Shown: positions 30,601-45,000 of the stretch, piece by piece
Position numbering within the stretch: the stretch's first letter is position 1
How the letters are laid out: every line of letters begins with the position of its first letter
Source of the DNA: Chrysomallon squamiferum
Lineage: Eukaryota > Animalia > Mollusca
DNA length: 64,000 nt
Assembly (NCBI GenBank): GCA_012295275.1
Contig: CM022672.1
Location: 3,968,001-4,032,000 of the forward strand
Direction: 5' to 3'
The notes under the pieces: generated by a model
Told to the model about the DNA's origin: nothing
Databases searched by the model: none
The model's input: only the letters and a program-made list of their open reading frames with translations
Position numbers and translations under genes: made by a program

Positions 30601-33600
30601 AACTACCTGATATTTCTGAGAAATTTCAGCCAGTCCTTCTGCTTCAATCTAAACATAAAATAGTATATTTATAATTAGGTTAAACGTTTGTCCTTTTTAC
30701 CAATAATAGTAGGATAATTGTTAAAACAAAGATATCATTGTAGCTTTAGGAGATTATTTTAATTTGTGAAAATGTATTTGCATGTATTCAAGTAAACTGT
30801 AACAAAACAATTATCTGAAAGTATACAACACATTTTTAAGCAGTTTGTTGGGACCTGTTGAACAGTAAACAATCAAAGCGAATATTTGTAAATATACAAA
30901 ATGTATTTAAACTTTAGTTAACAAATATACAGACCTCCACAAATTTAACATTACTGAGCTGAGAATCCTTCGACAGCTCTGTCATGACATCATTCATCTG
31001 CTGGCACTGTGGAGCCCATGGAGCCGAGAAGTGAACAACAACCAGAGTGCTATAAAATAAATAAATACATTAATTCTGTTTAATACCTTAACAAATTTAA
31101 CATTAACAATCATGTAAAATATAGGGGTGGGTGATGTTTTTTGTTTTTTAATGAAGATGATAACTTTAATTTTCTTACATTATAAAACAAATTTAGAAAA
31201 AGAAGAAAATAATGGTCAGAAACCACTTGGGAAGCAATGAATTCAGTGGGGAAAAAAATAAGGCTCTGCTAACAATGAACACAACCCAACATTCCATCAA
31301 AGAACTATAATCTACTCCAGTAAATAGCCAAACATTCAAGCCATTTTTTTTTTCTAAATGAAAATATATGTATTACATAAATTGGCAGCCATACTTAATT
31401 TATACATTCCTGAAATTGCACATTATTTACTGTGAACACATGTATTATGTGCACAAATGTTTTATGTACCACCAGTTGTATCGTGAAAGTAATATATTTT
31501 GTATTTACTTTATAAAGAATTAGTTTTAAATAAAAAATATCTCTTGATGAATGAATCATGGATTTGTTTTTTTACATAGAATTTTAATTTTTTTTAAAAT
31601 AACAATGAAAGAAGCAAAGAAAAATAATAATAATGATGATAAAAGGAATAATGAAAAGGACAATATTAACTGGTAAAAGACAACAAAATTACTAAAAGAA
31701 AATTATCACAAGAAAATATAAATGTATTGTATACACTAACTAATTTAAATTTTACATAATATATTTAATTGAAAAAATATAGAGTTTAAACTTTAATATC
31801 AACTTGCTACAAATGTTCATGTTTTATTTATGAAAGTAATTTCACATTCAGAATGTACCTATGACAAGCTGTCATTATTGAATTGTGGCAAACTGATGAT
31901 TAAACATCTATAAATATATTCATAAAAAAACCCGCATGGACACTTACTACTGGTACCTGCTAATATTTTAATGAATTAGGGGATACTGAAGTAGATGTAT
32001 CACAAGAGTACAACATTAGAGGTATAGGTGCACAAGAACATATAAATATTAAATATTAAGTAAAAAAAAAAAAAAAAAAGACAAACAAACAAATGTGCAT
32101 TATTGTGTTATGATTTATGTTGCTGTTTTGTTGTTGTTGTTGTTTTGGGGTTTGTTTGGGTTTTTTTACATCTTTTTATATATTTTATCAAAATAATAAA
32201 ATTATCTGGATTAAGATATTAAGCATTCATGTAAAAATTTAATTTTCACATTAAAAATATTTATGGATGGACCATCTTTTTTATATGATTGTTTCAGCAT
32301 AGTATAGTAAAATTAATTAACCTAGAATAAATTAAAAACATCTAATTCTGTATTGCAAAGATGGCTTGCCATACAAAAAACTTCCAACATTTCTATGAAG
32401 GGAAACATTACACATTAAACCTTCTAGAAAAAGGAAATGGAAGAATTGATATATTAATTACAAAATTAAGAGTTAAGACATAGTAAAAATATAGAAATTG
32501 TACATTATATTTAAACTGGTTTATTCATTACTGTAACACATTTCTGGCAATTACTAAGCAGAAAATGGCTTTGCTATTAAGCAATCACTGTTTGTTTTTT
32601 GTTAAGAATCAAATCTAAAACACTGACAGTGACACACTGTTAGTTAGGCAGTTAGATGATGAAAAAAGGAATAATAAAAAAAATTATATTTAATTATAAT
32701 GCACTTTACCTAATTTGAATCTGTGGTGATAAGATGTTTTATTTATTTAATAAGCATATAAAGAAACATGAAAAGAGAATTAACACAAAAAAGAAGTAAA
32801 TAATAACAAATTCATAAATTTATATTATGGTAACATTAAATCATAATATTATTTGATATTTAAGACAAAAAAAAAAAAAAAAAAAACAATATTAATTTAG
32901 CTTTCAACTATTTCAGGGTTGTTTTTTTTACAGGTTGAGGATTTTTATTTATTCATTTATTCATTAATTTATTATATTTTTTATTAACTTTTTTCTTCTT
33001 CTTCCTTTTTTTTGTTGTTCTTTGTTGGGGGTTTTCTTGTAAATAAAACTGCAGTGTACAAGAGGAAGTCATCTAATTATGGTATTAATGGTAAAAAGGT
33101 ACAATAGCAAGTTACAATTTTTGGAATTTTCAAGCTAGAATTTGTACAAAACAGTATTGAACTGTATGTATTAAAGCATCAATATATTAAACATGTCTAA
33201 ACACAACCGAGATACAAATAATAAGGATGAAATTTGTGGTTGATTAAACAAGCACCATAATTTGAAGATATTTTGAATTATATAAAAATAAAATTATTCA
33301 GAGGTTAGGGCATTTTTCATGTCCATTGGAAATGATAAACTCTTTTTTTTTATGATCTTATTTACAAATTCCTTATGATTTTTTTTTTGATTTTTTTTAC
33401 TGTAATTCTGCAGCTCAAAGTATTTAATTTACTGAATTTATCAGCTGCTTCAGAAAAAGTTTTCATCAGAACTCATTTAGTTTGTAACATCTTAATTCTT
33501 TTCAGTATTTGCTTGTGTTGAAATTGTGCTTACTTACATAGTAAGTTACATGCTTATAAGCAATATGATATACATATGATTTTGATAGTAGAACTAGAAG

Positions 33601-34168
33601 TATTCCATGTTCTATCAGTATCACACAAACACTTTATTATCAGCCTCATGTTTAAACTATCTTATGTAATACAGGTTCTAAATAATAAATGTTGAAAGAA
33701 CATGCAACCGTTATCACACTAACAATAACTATGTGGTATGTAGCACTTGGGACGTTGGGTCGTGACTTGTCAAAATATTAAAAATAAAATGATTAAAAAT
33801 CTTTATTTTTCGGATATGTTGTATACTATACAGTATAGTCGTTGTTCATTTCGAATATCAAAATAATATCTGATCACAGGTGATATATAACAAATTAAAA
33901 CCACCGGTTTCTTTTGTGCTATCAAAATTTAGAACGAGTTAGATTTGGGTCAATTCAGTATAATAATAGTATTCATAGACTGACGAAATACCTTGGACGG
34001 TGTGTTTTGTGTCAAGTTCTAATAAAGAATAAAAAATATATGTGGTGAAAATAAATATCGGACAGCTTGAACAAAAATGTAGAGTTCGTAAAATAATTAT
34101 TACCTGTCAGAATCTGCCAGTAATTTGTTGAATTCTTCTGTCTTCTCAACTTTAACTACGGCAGCCAT
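18105..34168 (-). CDS. GLRX3: Glutaredoxin-3 (PICOT): Trx-like domain plus two monothiol CGFS Grx domains, about 331 aa
   Basis: Exons 34168-34104 (MAAVVKVEK), 31049-30935 (WAPQC), 30648-30574, 30301-30182, 29795-29711 ([11 protein letters not shown]), 29297-29208 (GFSRQ), 28853-28703 ([10 protein letters not shown]...GGLDIIKE), 19232-19122 ([14 protein letters not shown]), 18760-18628 ([10 protein letters not shown]), 18155-18105 ([16 protein letters not shown]). Total 996 nt, in frame. Confidence 0.97.
23123..24167 (-). CDS. Terminal exon B of the nested protein
   Basis: Acceptor ATTTTCAG|GCAT at 24167, phase 2, in frame with exon A (R-HSTPRK...). About 348 codons to TAA at 23125-23123. 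Contains a further basic module ([39 protein letters not shown]). Minus-strand AATAAA near 22795-22800. Confidence 0.85.
24699..27553 (-). CDS. Large exon A of an uncharacterised ~1299-aa protein nested in GLRX3 intron 7 (basic helical repeats, probably nuclear)
   Basis: 952-codon ORF in AT-rich DNA. It ends at a strong phase-2 donor AAG|GTAGGT (24699) and the frame stays open upstream to 27634. Strong acceptor TTGTTTCCTGTTTCAG|G at 27705. Four Arg/Lys/Glu repeats, NLS-like RKRKK, and psi-K-x-E motifs (VKQE x2, LKME, VKTE). Confidence 0.88.
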
Positions 34169-35897
34169 CTTTCTTTCTTTTTTTTTTTTTTTTTTTTTTT
34201 TTTCACTTTTTTTTCTCCCACCGGTTATTAACGAATATTGGGTTATCTCCCTTACAATATGTACAATAACTTATCAAAAGATTCACATATTGTAATAACA
34301 CGATATTCGCTAACTTGTCAAAATGTAACTTCTGACTTATTTAAACAAAAAAATAATAAAATAAAATAACAACAACAACACAATCAGCGATAAAGAATAT
34401 GAAAAAATTGTTCTAGCAAACGGCTGCGTAACTAATTAAACTGTAACAATAACTCTATTATCTATAAAAGTTTTGTTGTTGTTGTAGCTTTGCACATATT
34501 CGAAGTTATCATCATCCAGTTCAGTCACAGAGTATCTCAGTATGTGGATTACTATTTTTATCTATCGTATAAGTGTCTGTTTATGCCTGCAGAGTGGTGA
34601 ATGTTAAAAGAATATTTTGACTTACATTTGTTGAAGGAGGAAAGATAACTCATTTTAAGAATAAGGCGGGAAGGACGTTGGGAGATTGCGAATTGTTGTA
34701 ATCAAAGTTATGTAATAAAATGAATATTTTCCGGTCCTGAGTGTGGCTTTCAATCGTTCCGGTTTGGTGAGAACATTATATTGTTACAGGTTTAACTGGA
34801 GCAATTTTATCTTTTAGAATGGTCTCACAAATATATCCTTTCAAGTCTCGTTTGATTTATGATAAAGAAAGTCATTGTTTGCATACATAATAGTATATGT
34901 TTTAGAAGTTGAATGTCTTTGGTTTTAACAAATGAGTGAAAATTTAATTTCTAACTAATTTTTTTATACAACCGGTTGACGGACCATAATTTTTGTTTTG
35001 TTTGTTTTTGTTTTTAATTTTCTTTTGTAAAACTTCATCAAGCGTTATCAAGGCAATCATTCAAATAACATGATCAGTTTGCTTTTTACATGTAAATACC
35101 ACCTCTAATGCACTGAAAATGGAAATAAATAATTTAAAAAAAGAAGAAGACGACGAAGAAGAATTATAAGTTTCAAGTATCGTTTTACAACTACATTCTC
35201 AGAAATGTCCGCTATGGAGTTTTAGCAGAGTAACGTGTCCACATTATGGTACCTAATGAAAATAGTCATCTTCATATTCACGTGCCAGTGTTTGAGGAAA
35301 TTATTTTATTTTATTATTAAATTTTTATTTTTTGGTTGGCGATGTCATAATATCTGAAAAATATATATTGTACGAAACGTGTACAAGATGGCATGACGTC
35401 AAAGTTATCCCCCCCCCCCAAAAAAACCAAAAAACCAAAAAGGTTTCGACCTTTGCAGCCATGAACTCACGGAAATTTTTAAACTTCCAAATTCAGTTAC
35501 TTAACGTCTGTTTTCTGAACATTTTATGATTTACACTGATAAAGATTAGAAGAGTTGGTCATATTAGCAAACCATGATGTCGCGAGCCTTTCGTAACTAC
35601 TTTTTCAGTTAATCAAACGTCAAACTGGATTATTTTTGTGTGAATGCGTCGTGCATAATAAACTAAAATTATAATTCGGAAAAATATTAATGTATTAACT
35701 TTTGTAGTTGTCAATGTTCCCCCGTCAGAACCCAGCAGAAAACAACATTTAGGTGTTATTTGTACCCATTAAATTTGCGAAATTTCTTTGACATAATTTG
35801 TGACGTTACGCCTTATCGTTCCATGCTAATCAAAGTGTCTGCTGCAGGTGAGTTTTGTCTGGTTCTGTGAATTATATTCTTTACAAAAAATATATAT

Positions 35898-35965
<68 letters not shown>

Positions 35966-37026
35966 TTTATTTTTTTTTTTTTTTTTTTGGAACTTGCATA
36001 TATTATATATACGTACGTGTGTGTGTGTGTGTGTGTATGTGAAAATCGTCGCTTACATCTATTTTGTTTAAGGACGATACATGGACTGCTGAGCCTGTAA
36101 AGTGCAAAACAATGGTTGACAGCCAATCTAAATGAACGGGTGGCGGATACTGCTGACGAATGTCGTGCGAACTCGTCGACCTTTAAATTTGGTTTTCAAT
36201 TTTCTGTTGTAAAACTGCTATCAAGCATTGTAATGAATGTATCAAGGCAATCATTCAAATAACGTGATCAATTTGCTTCTTACATGCAAGTACCACCTCC
36301 AATGCATTGAAAATGAAAAGAAATATAAATAATAAAAAAAAAAAAAGAGAAGAAATTCAAGAATTATAATTGTTTCTAGCTACAGAGCTTTAGCACATTA
36401 TGGTACCCAATGATAATCGTCATCTTCATATTCACGCGCCAGTGTCTGTGAAAATTATTATTATTATTATTATTATAATTTTTTTTTTTTTTTTTTTTTT
36501 TTGCTGGCGAAGTAATAATATTGGAAAACAAATGTACACTACGAAACGGGTACGAGATGGTATAACGTCAAAGTATCTACTTTTTCAACTTAACATTTCA
36601 AACTGGATTATTTTTGTGCAAATGCATGCATAATACACTAAAATTATTATTTGGTATAAGATTAATGTATTCCCCGTGTCAGAACGCAACAGAAAAGAAC
36701 ATTCAGGTGTAGTTCGCGCCTATTAAATTCTGGCGGCATGTTTTCCGGTGATGTGATTTGTGCCGTTGCGAGTTATCGTTCCTGTTGGTCGTTGCTACTT
36801 CCAGTATGTTGCGAGACCTTTGTCGTGAATTATGATCATGCTTACATTTTTGTAATTGTTTCACTTTATGATTAAATTCAGTATAAAATTATAATTCTTT
36901 AATGTTAAAATTAAATTACATGTAGTGTTATTTAAGTGGCAAAATTCAGGACGTCTAACTCTAAGGCCAAAAAACAAAACTTCATTAAACTTATGTTTGC
37001 AGAACCCAAATTCTCGGGAGATTGGC
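34169..37026. promoter_or_regulatory. Divergent GLRX3/NUP107 promoter and 5'UTR region
   Basis: Head-to-head genes. GGCGGGAA at 34665-34672 and CCGG-containing motifs. Candidate + strand non-coding first-exon donors at 34766 (TTG|GTGAGA) and 35847 (CAG|GTGAGT); acceptor TGTTTGCAG at 37002. Confidence 0.55.
35020..36785. repeat. Diverged tandem duplication (about 35020-35825 and 36200-36785)
   Basis: Shared collinear blocks such as TATCAAGGCAATCATTCAAATAAC, GTCATCTTCATATTCACG, CAAACTGGATTATTTTTGTG and TTATCGTTCC. Copy 1 has an extra ~190 nt. Confidence 0.85.
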
Positions 37027-40000
37027 ATGGAAGGAGATTTTGTTCCTGAGAGGGAGGAGACGAAAGGAAGGGTCTTCAAACGACAGAGCAGCAATCTCAG
37101 TTATAATATATGTAAGATATTTTGTAACTAATTTGTGTAAGATGTACTGTATCTGAAACTGGTTTAAAATGTGTTGTAACTGCTTGTGTAAGTGTATTAT
37201 AATTATGACTTGTCTGATATATAAACTAATGTTGATTAAATTAAACTAAATAGTACATTTCAAAATATTTTATAAGGTTTGCCACTGGATTGTTTTGTTT
37301 TTGACCAATCTTTTTTCTTAATATATATCATCACTTTTCTATAAGAGCTGTGTTATTTTGCATTTCCACTGACTTTAGAAGTAAATCCATTTTTTACTCC
37401 AAAAATGATGATCTTAATATTTATTATTTAAATATTTCAGTAGATGATTTTCTTTACTGATCACTAATTGAATTTATAATTGCCTTTTCAAAAGCAAGTT
37501 GATCTTTTTTGTAGCTGAGGTGTGATGTGCAATATAGGACTGAATTCAAAATATACTTCACTGTGACTATCCAAAAATATCAGTATTTTTTAAAATATAG
37601 AGTAAAATGTATTTAATACACGTTACTAAGCCATCTGTAATTCTTCAGCAAATTTAATTTTTTTTTTTTTTTATCCTGATTCATTAGCTGTTAAAACAAA
37701 TTACTTAATTAGTCTGAACTACTGCAAACATTGTTTTTCAGTTTATTAACTGATATTAATCATTATTATATTTTAACATTTTCAGCAAAACAACTTCTAG
37801 ATAGTGCAGTGGGAACCTCAGCATCACTGTCAAAAACACAAAATGGAAGACAACTGCGTCACAGTCGCTGTATGTATCACATTTTCTACACCACTCATTT
37901 CAGATACCTTCTATATTGGGTATTTAATTAAAAGTCTTTTATATTGTGCTTCATATTTTTGACATTGTAAGAAAGAAGGCTAGAGTACATGTTATAGTGA
38001 CACTTTTATTATTATATGTTTTAAATTTTAATTTTAAGTTTCTTTTAACTTTTGTAGATACTCCAATACCAGTGCCAACATCTCCTAATTTAGATGTTTC
38101 TCATATGTTTGCTCCAACACCCCAAAAACCTGAGATGGTAAATAATAGTCTTGACATATTTCAAATGTTAATACATTTGTTCGTTTTTTCTTAATGTTGT
38201 GTGTATTTAGATATATAAATATGAAATATATAATGTAGCTTGTAACTGACGATAAACATTTGTTTTGGGGTAACTATTCTTTTTACCAGACTGACTATAT
38301 ATTTGGAAAGACTCTCTTACAGACACACTGTATTTATGGAATTATTTTCACTTGTTAGTAACTTGATATGACAAAAGGAATCTTATTGCTTCTTTTCAGT
38401 ACTTTAGAGTATGATTGTCAAAGAAAATGTACATCATGCATACCTTGCTGGTCATTGAAAAAGATTAGCTTATAACATATTGAGTTAGGTCGCCCTTATG
38501 ATGTTTAACTTCAGATCTGATGCTGTGTAAGACAGCTTACTTGAGTCATGAAGCATTTCTTTCTTACTTAGCTTTGTGTGTCAAAATTATCAAACTTTGT
38601 GCTGTATATGTTCATGAAGTAAAACTTTTAATATCACATAATAATCATGGATATTAGTGTTAAAGGCAAATTCAACAGAAGTTTTTGTAATTATAGGATG
38701 ATGTGACTGAGGATCTAACAACAACAAACCTTGACTTGCTTTTGGAAGAAGACCCCGGTGTTACAGGTAAATATATTTTTACAAAATATATAATATATCA
38801 ATTTTAAGTATAAATAATTTACCATTTTGAATATCGTTCAGTTATAGTTTTATGATATTAACAGTAAATTAATATGAACATGTTCCTATACTATTTTATT
38901 TTTTTAATTAATATTTACTCTAACTAAAATTTATCATAGTTTATGTTTATATGCATTGGTTTTAATTATTTTCTTGTTAATTTTATTTTTCATTATTATT
39001 ATTATTATTATTGTTTATAAACATTAACTATCATAAATTTTAATTACAATAAATATTAATTTAAAAAAAAAATAGAGAGAGTAATATATATTTAATACAA
39101 ATGTTATTGTTACTATTATCATCATTATTATTAGAAGTAGAATATTTTAGGCATAGGATACTTTTTTCAAATACTTTTAATAACTTTTATATATATATAT
39201 ATATATATTTCATTTACAAGTGAACTTTCTCTTTTCATTTATTTGTTTATAAACAGCTTCTTCAGGTCTTTATAAGGATTTCCAGCTGAGTATGAAGCGA
39301 TGTCCTGCCCAACACCAGGTTCTTGATCTTCTACATGACTATGAAAACATCTGTAGGGACCAGGTGCTCGTGTTAAAGAAACTTGTCCAGAGAGCTGTTC
39401 CTCAGCAAGAAAAGTACAGTTTATATTTGGCTATTATATATACAGTTTGAAAATCCCTTACCTGAAATAATGAGATCCAAAAATTCACAATATCCTAGTC
39501 TTGTTTGTAGTTGCTGAGGTAGTTATTGCTTCGCTATCTGATTGCTTTCATTTCACAAGATTATTAAATATATCACAAAAAACAGCCTTCCGGCTATGTG
39601 TAAGATGGATCTGAAATGTAAACAGATTTCATGGTTGAAGTCCATTTTCAAGCCCTGTTATTGTTTATTTATTTATTTATTTTAGATTTAGGAAAACATT
39701 TAAGACTCTAGACTTACTGGACAAGGAGAAAATTACATGGCAGCTAGTGAGAGCTCTGTATCAAGATAGACTGGAGTCTGAAGTTAGAAAACAAGACAGC
39801 AAAGATGAGGATATGATTGTAGACCTTGACAAAAAGGTGAATAGTTGCTATTGTTCCATTTACTTCAGTATAAGCAATTAGAGAAGATATCCTTAGCATG
39901 ACAATTTTAATTTGCCATAGTTTAGAGTATAAAATGCAAGACATTGTTATTGCAGTTGTTCTGGCTGCCGCTTTTTGTTGGAGTAACCAGTACATATGTT

Positions 40001-42002
40001 AAATGTGAATGAGTTACTAATTTTTTTTTTTTTTTTTTTTTGGTGTATGTATGTGTTGCTATATAGGTAGTTAAATAAAAAAAAAAAAATCATCATTTCA
40101 GGTTCGGCATCTTAGTGACAAGACTGTAGTGATCAACCTGTATGAGAGAAATGACAGTTTGCGTCAAAGTCAGGTAGGTGTTTTAAATTTTCTCTTTCAC
40201 CCATTTTTCATTATAAAATAATAATGTTGTTCTTGTTTCCATTCAGAATGAAACTAATTTTTAAAGCAGTAATTTATGTAACTTCTAGTGTTAATAAGAT
40301 TCTTCTAAATCCTTTAGCGCCTTTTGTAAAATGAGTGTAATTATATATTTCATATGTATATAAGCTATAAAGAACAAATAAACCTAAATTTGTGTTGGTG
40401 AAAAATAAATATTGTCTGGTTTTTGTTACACATAATAATAAATCATTGTTGAAGAAGTTAGACTGATTGTTTCATTTGCATATTGGCTTGACTGGATAAG
40501 GAAATAGTTGTTCTTTTTACTTAGCTTGTTATTGATTGGCTGGAGAACTCTACTGCAGAATGCCTGGAATTGTTAGCTCAGAAAGTAAACTTTTTCACTG
40601 ATGTGCCTATTGCTTGGTAAGAATACATTTTTAAATATTTTAAAGTTGTATATAATTCACATTATCTAAGCATCATATTTTATTATCATCATAGGATGGT
40701 AGCTAGTAATGAACAACAAAGAATATTAAAAAATTATTTAATCTGTTTTTTTTTTCTTCTCATCTGTACATTTCAAGTTATAGCAATCAATACCTAAACC
40801 AGAAATTGTTATTATTTTTTTTTAATTGCATAATTTATATAATTTGTATTTTTAGGGAGAACACTCTTCATGAGTTGCAAAATAGAGCCAGAGGAATTCC
40901 CAGTTCTACTGACCGACTCCTTGTTGATGAACTGGTACATTTAAACTTTTTTCTGTGTCTCTTACTCAGGGTTAAATATACAAGCATATCATACAAATGT
41001 GGAACCACATGAAAACTGTTATATTCTTACATTTTACTCTAATTATTCTTTCAAGTTGCCTGCTGGGTTTTTTAAATATATAATTAGATGTGTTTATTGA
41101 TAACAGGGGCTAATTTTCTTTAATAAAAGCATTTATTTTGAAATTGAAAATATTTTTTTCAAATCTATTTTAAAAATTTATAGCATTCAGAATAGCCTTT
41201 GTGTATTTATTGTACATATTTAAAAAATATAAAGATAATTCTTTTCTTTTTCTTTTATTGATATATTAATTTATTTTAAAGGATCCTGATGCTCCAATTC
41301 GCCAGAACGGAATCTTGGATGATTTGGATAAAGAGGATGAAGACAGACTCTTACAACATGTGTTTGTCTGTTTGCGAGCTGGGCAGCTAGACAAAGTATT
41401 ATTATTTAATTGTTTGAAAAGTCAACTTTAAAAATATAACCTAAAAATAACTGTTTTTAAAATACACTTCTGTTTTGCATACATTTAAATTATATATACG
41501 GGTGGGTGGGTGTGGGTGTATGTGCATACACATATAAATGTACTCTCAAAAACTATAATTTAAAATATTTGTTTGTTTCTTTAAGCTTGAAACAATCATT
41601 ACAGCATGATAGCATGTCAAAGTCTTGATATTTACAAAACTTGCCCACTGTATAAGCAGGTTTCCTTTCTCCTTGTTTTTATTGTCCCTTACAACATAGA
41701 TTTCACTTCCTACAGTGAACTGTTAATGTGCTCCTCCTTCCTTCAGGCTCAAGAGGCATGTCACAAAAGAGGACAGCATTGGCGTGCAGCAACAATGGAA
41801 GGATGGAAACTCTACCACGACCCCAACTTTGAAAAATTAGGCCCTGATAATCAGTTGGCACCAGTAGAGGGCAACCCAAACCGCGATGTTTGGAAGAAAG
41901 TGTGCTGGAGAATGGCTGCTGATGTAAGCATGAAATAAATATTTATAGAGTATTAAAATGCTTTTTAATTTTTATTTTATTTTAATTTTATTTTTATTTT
42001 AC

Positions 42003-42039
<37 letters not shown>

Positions 42040-45000
42040 ACACCTGACAGAAATATAAGATTTATTTATTGAATGACAATTTTTGGGAAGCCATTATTTA
42101 TATATATTTTTTATGTCATTTGGGTTTGCTTTATAGAATTATATCAAGCTTTGTTTCAGAGTGGAAAGTGAAATAATCATTCAGCTTATAATTTCTTTTT
42201 AATTCTAATAGAATCTTTAAAAATGATGTTTTAAATATTCTACCTGAATACAGCATTTTACCTATAATACACTAAATGATTACCTAACAGTGAAATAGTT
42301 TAAAAAAATTGTTTTGCGATTTCAGTTTTCAGGTTTTTTAATTATTGATCTTATATGCCATCATGTTTAATTTTAAAATTTAAATTTTTTTTTTACTACT
42401 GACTTTACTTTGCAATATGTATTTGTTTTTCTCATAGCCTAAGATGAGTGTGTGTGAGAAAGCCATATATGCTGTATTCAGTGGTAATTTGCGAACCTTA
42501 CTTCCCATGTGTTACTCCTGGACAGACTACTTGTGGGCATATTTCAAAGTGATGGTTGATGTACAGGTTGAGAAGGAAATTCGAATGAATGGAACCTCAA
42601 ACAGAACATTTGAGGAACTTCCGTCATCTTACTGGGATAATCTGTGAGTAGAGATTTTCAACAGTTTTAAATATCTCTAAATATCTAAATATCACATTCA
42701 CTTGTGTATTGTATTAGTTTTGGTTATACTGTCCAGGCAGGGGTTTAGAAATTAATTTTATAAAATGAAGGCACAGTAAAAGATGTCAAAGCAAAATGGT
42801 GGAATAATATTCATTTATGATTAGTTAACCTTGGGAATTACAAAGTATAGTTTGATAGCAGTAGTATTCTACTTGATGCTTACATTTACGTATCATAGTA
42901 TTCTTTGAAAATCAAGTTTTTGAGGAACATGGTGTTCAGAGCTCTATAGTAATTTTTAAAAGATATCTATAAAATTTCAGTGCTACAAATTTAACTTTGT
43001 TCCTAAGATATTTTTAACTTTTCATGCTAAAAATAAACATGAATTCTTGAAAGAGTTAAAATCAGATTTATGAAGATAGAAAATTTAGTTTTCAAATGTT
43101 TATGCATTTCAATATTTTTTGTATCTATGTTTATTAGAATGGAGCCTCGCCAAGTCTTTGAACAAATTGAAGCCTGTCCAAATGAAGTAAGCTTTTGTTT
43201 AGTTTATGTTTAGACAAGCAGAATATGTGACACAATTTATGTGAAAATTCACTCTTATTATTTATCAGGTGCTACCCATATGTGTAACTAAGCAGTGATT
43301 ACATTAGAAATTCAGAATAGCAGATGAAAATGTAATTACAAATATTATGCATTTTTTTTTAATCATGTTTGCATGTAAAGACCTATTCAGTGAAAAACTG
43401 GGACTGTTTTTGTAGAGTCATTCAGTTTTGCTTTTAGCTTAAAAAGCACTTGGAGATATCAGTGACAAATGTAATCAAGGATCAAGTAGTGTTATTTTTT
43501 TAATTTTTCATACATTTATGAAACAGATGACAAAAAATTAGTCCCAACTTTTAATCCTTTTTATTTAACTGTTTTATTATGGGGGTTTTGGGGGGGGTGG
43601 ATGTTTTTTTAGTATTTCTTTGAAAAATATCCTGTCAAAATTTATTTGGAAGCGTTCACTAAAAATCTGAATAATACATGTGTAAAGTTTATATATAAAT
43701 TGTTTTTTATTCTGCCTTTTACAACAGGTATTTGAATGCTGTCAGTATCTGAATAACTGAAATTGAAAAAAGGATTTTTTATGTGTATACATTTTCTTCT
43801 TTTTCTTTTTGTAGATGGTGCGCAAGGAATCAAAGTATTGGTTTTGTGTCATCCAGAAATACATTATCCTTGGTGACATTGACAGTAAATACATTAAATT
43901 ACATTAACCATCAAACAGTGTATATCTGGCTGTTATTTTACTTTTGTTGGTAAAAATATATACTTCTTCAGAATCATGCACATATTGTGAAACAATGTTT
44001 AATAACAGATTAACCCAATTTTATAATTAACAATGATTCCTTATCCAAATGTATGTCTACATTTTATTTATTTTATTTGTCATCATTATTTATTCAAAAA
44101 TTTAATCAGTGTTTATAATTTCTATTTTAGTGTGTAACTATTGCATAATTGCAATGATTGTTATAACATTTTCTAACCACTGTTTAAAATTAGATCTTAA
44201 TTTGTAACCAATATTAATTTAATGTTTCAGATTTAATAGAAGTAATGCACAGCTGGGTGTTCAAAACAAAAGAGCAGCTTCCTGGTCATTTTATCAGATT
44301 CTTGGCTCATCTTGTTCTGTTTCTTCAGTCAGTTGGCCATGCCACGAAGGTAATCGTAGTAGTATCTGTTTTTAATAATTAAAACATTTAATTTAACTTG
44401 GGTCCTTTATGCAAACTTTCTTATTACATAACAAAATCCGAAAATAAATTTGATAAAAAAAGTTTTTATTTTTATTGTCAAGGAGTTACAAATTGCATAT
44501 GCCAATATAGTTGACTTATTTAATAATTTTATTTCTTTATATATTTTCTTACTCTGATTTACTTACTCACTTTCTTAATTCAGTCTAATTTAATATTTAC
44601 TAGGAAGAACTGTAGCACTGAAGGTCTGTGATGAAACTATAATTTATTTCATTTTATTAGGAAGAATTGTGTACCACTATACTGGAAGCCTACGTAGAAC
44701 ACATAATCAACATTAACCAGAGTCGACTGGTAGCACATTACGTTGCCAGTCTACCCCGACAGATTCAAGTGATGTGGTATGCCAAGTTCTTAGAAGGTAA
44801 GAGTTTTCTGAAAAATATTCGGGCTTATGTAAAACCACTATAATGACCTTTGCAGAAAATGTGTATGTTGAGCTTAGAGAGCAAAACAAAGCATTTGAGT
44901 TCCAGTGATATTTGGACATCTTGAGCTATTTCTGGTTCCAACCAGTGCCCCACAACTGGTTTAACAAAGGCCATGGTTTGAGTTACACTGTATGTGGGAT

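Noticed and set aside
38290-38330. Possible extra NUP107 exon after TTTTACCAG ([13 protein letters not shown])
   Set aside because: No convincing in-phase donor; the flanking exons already join in frame.
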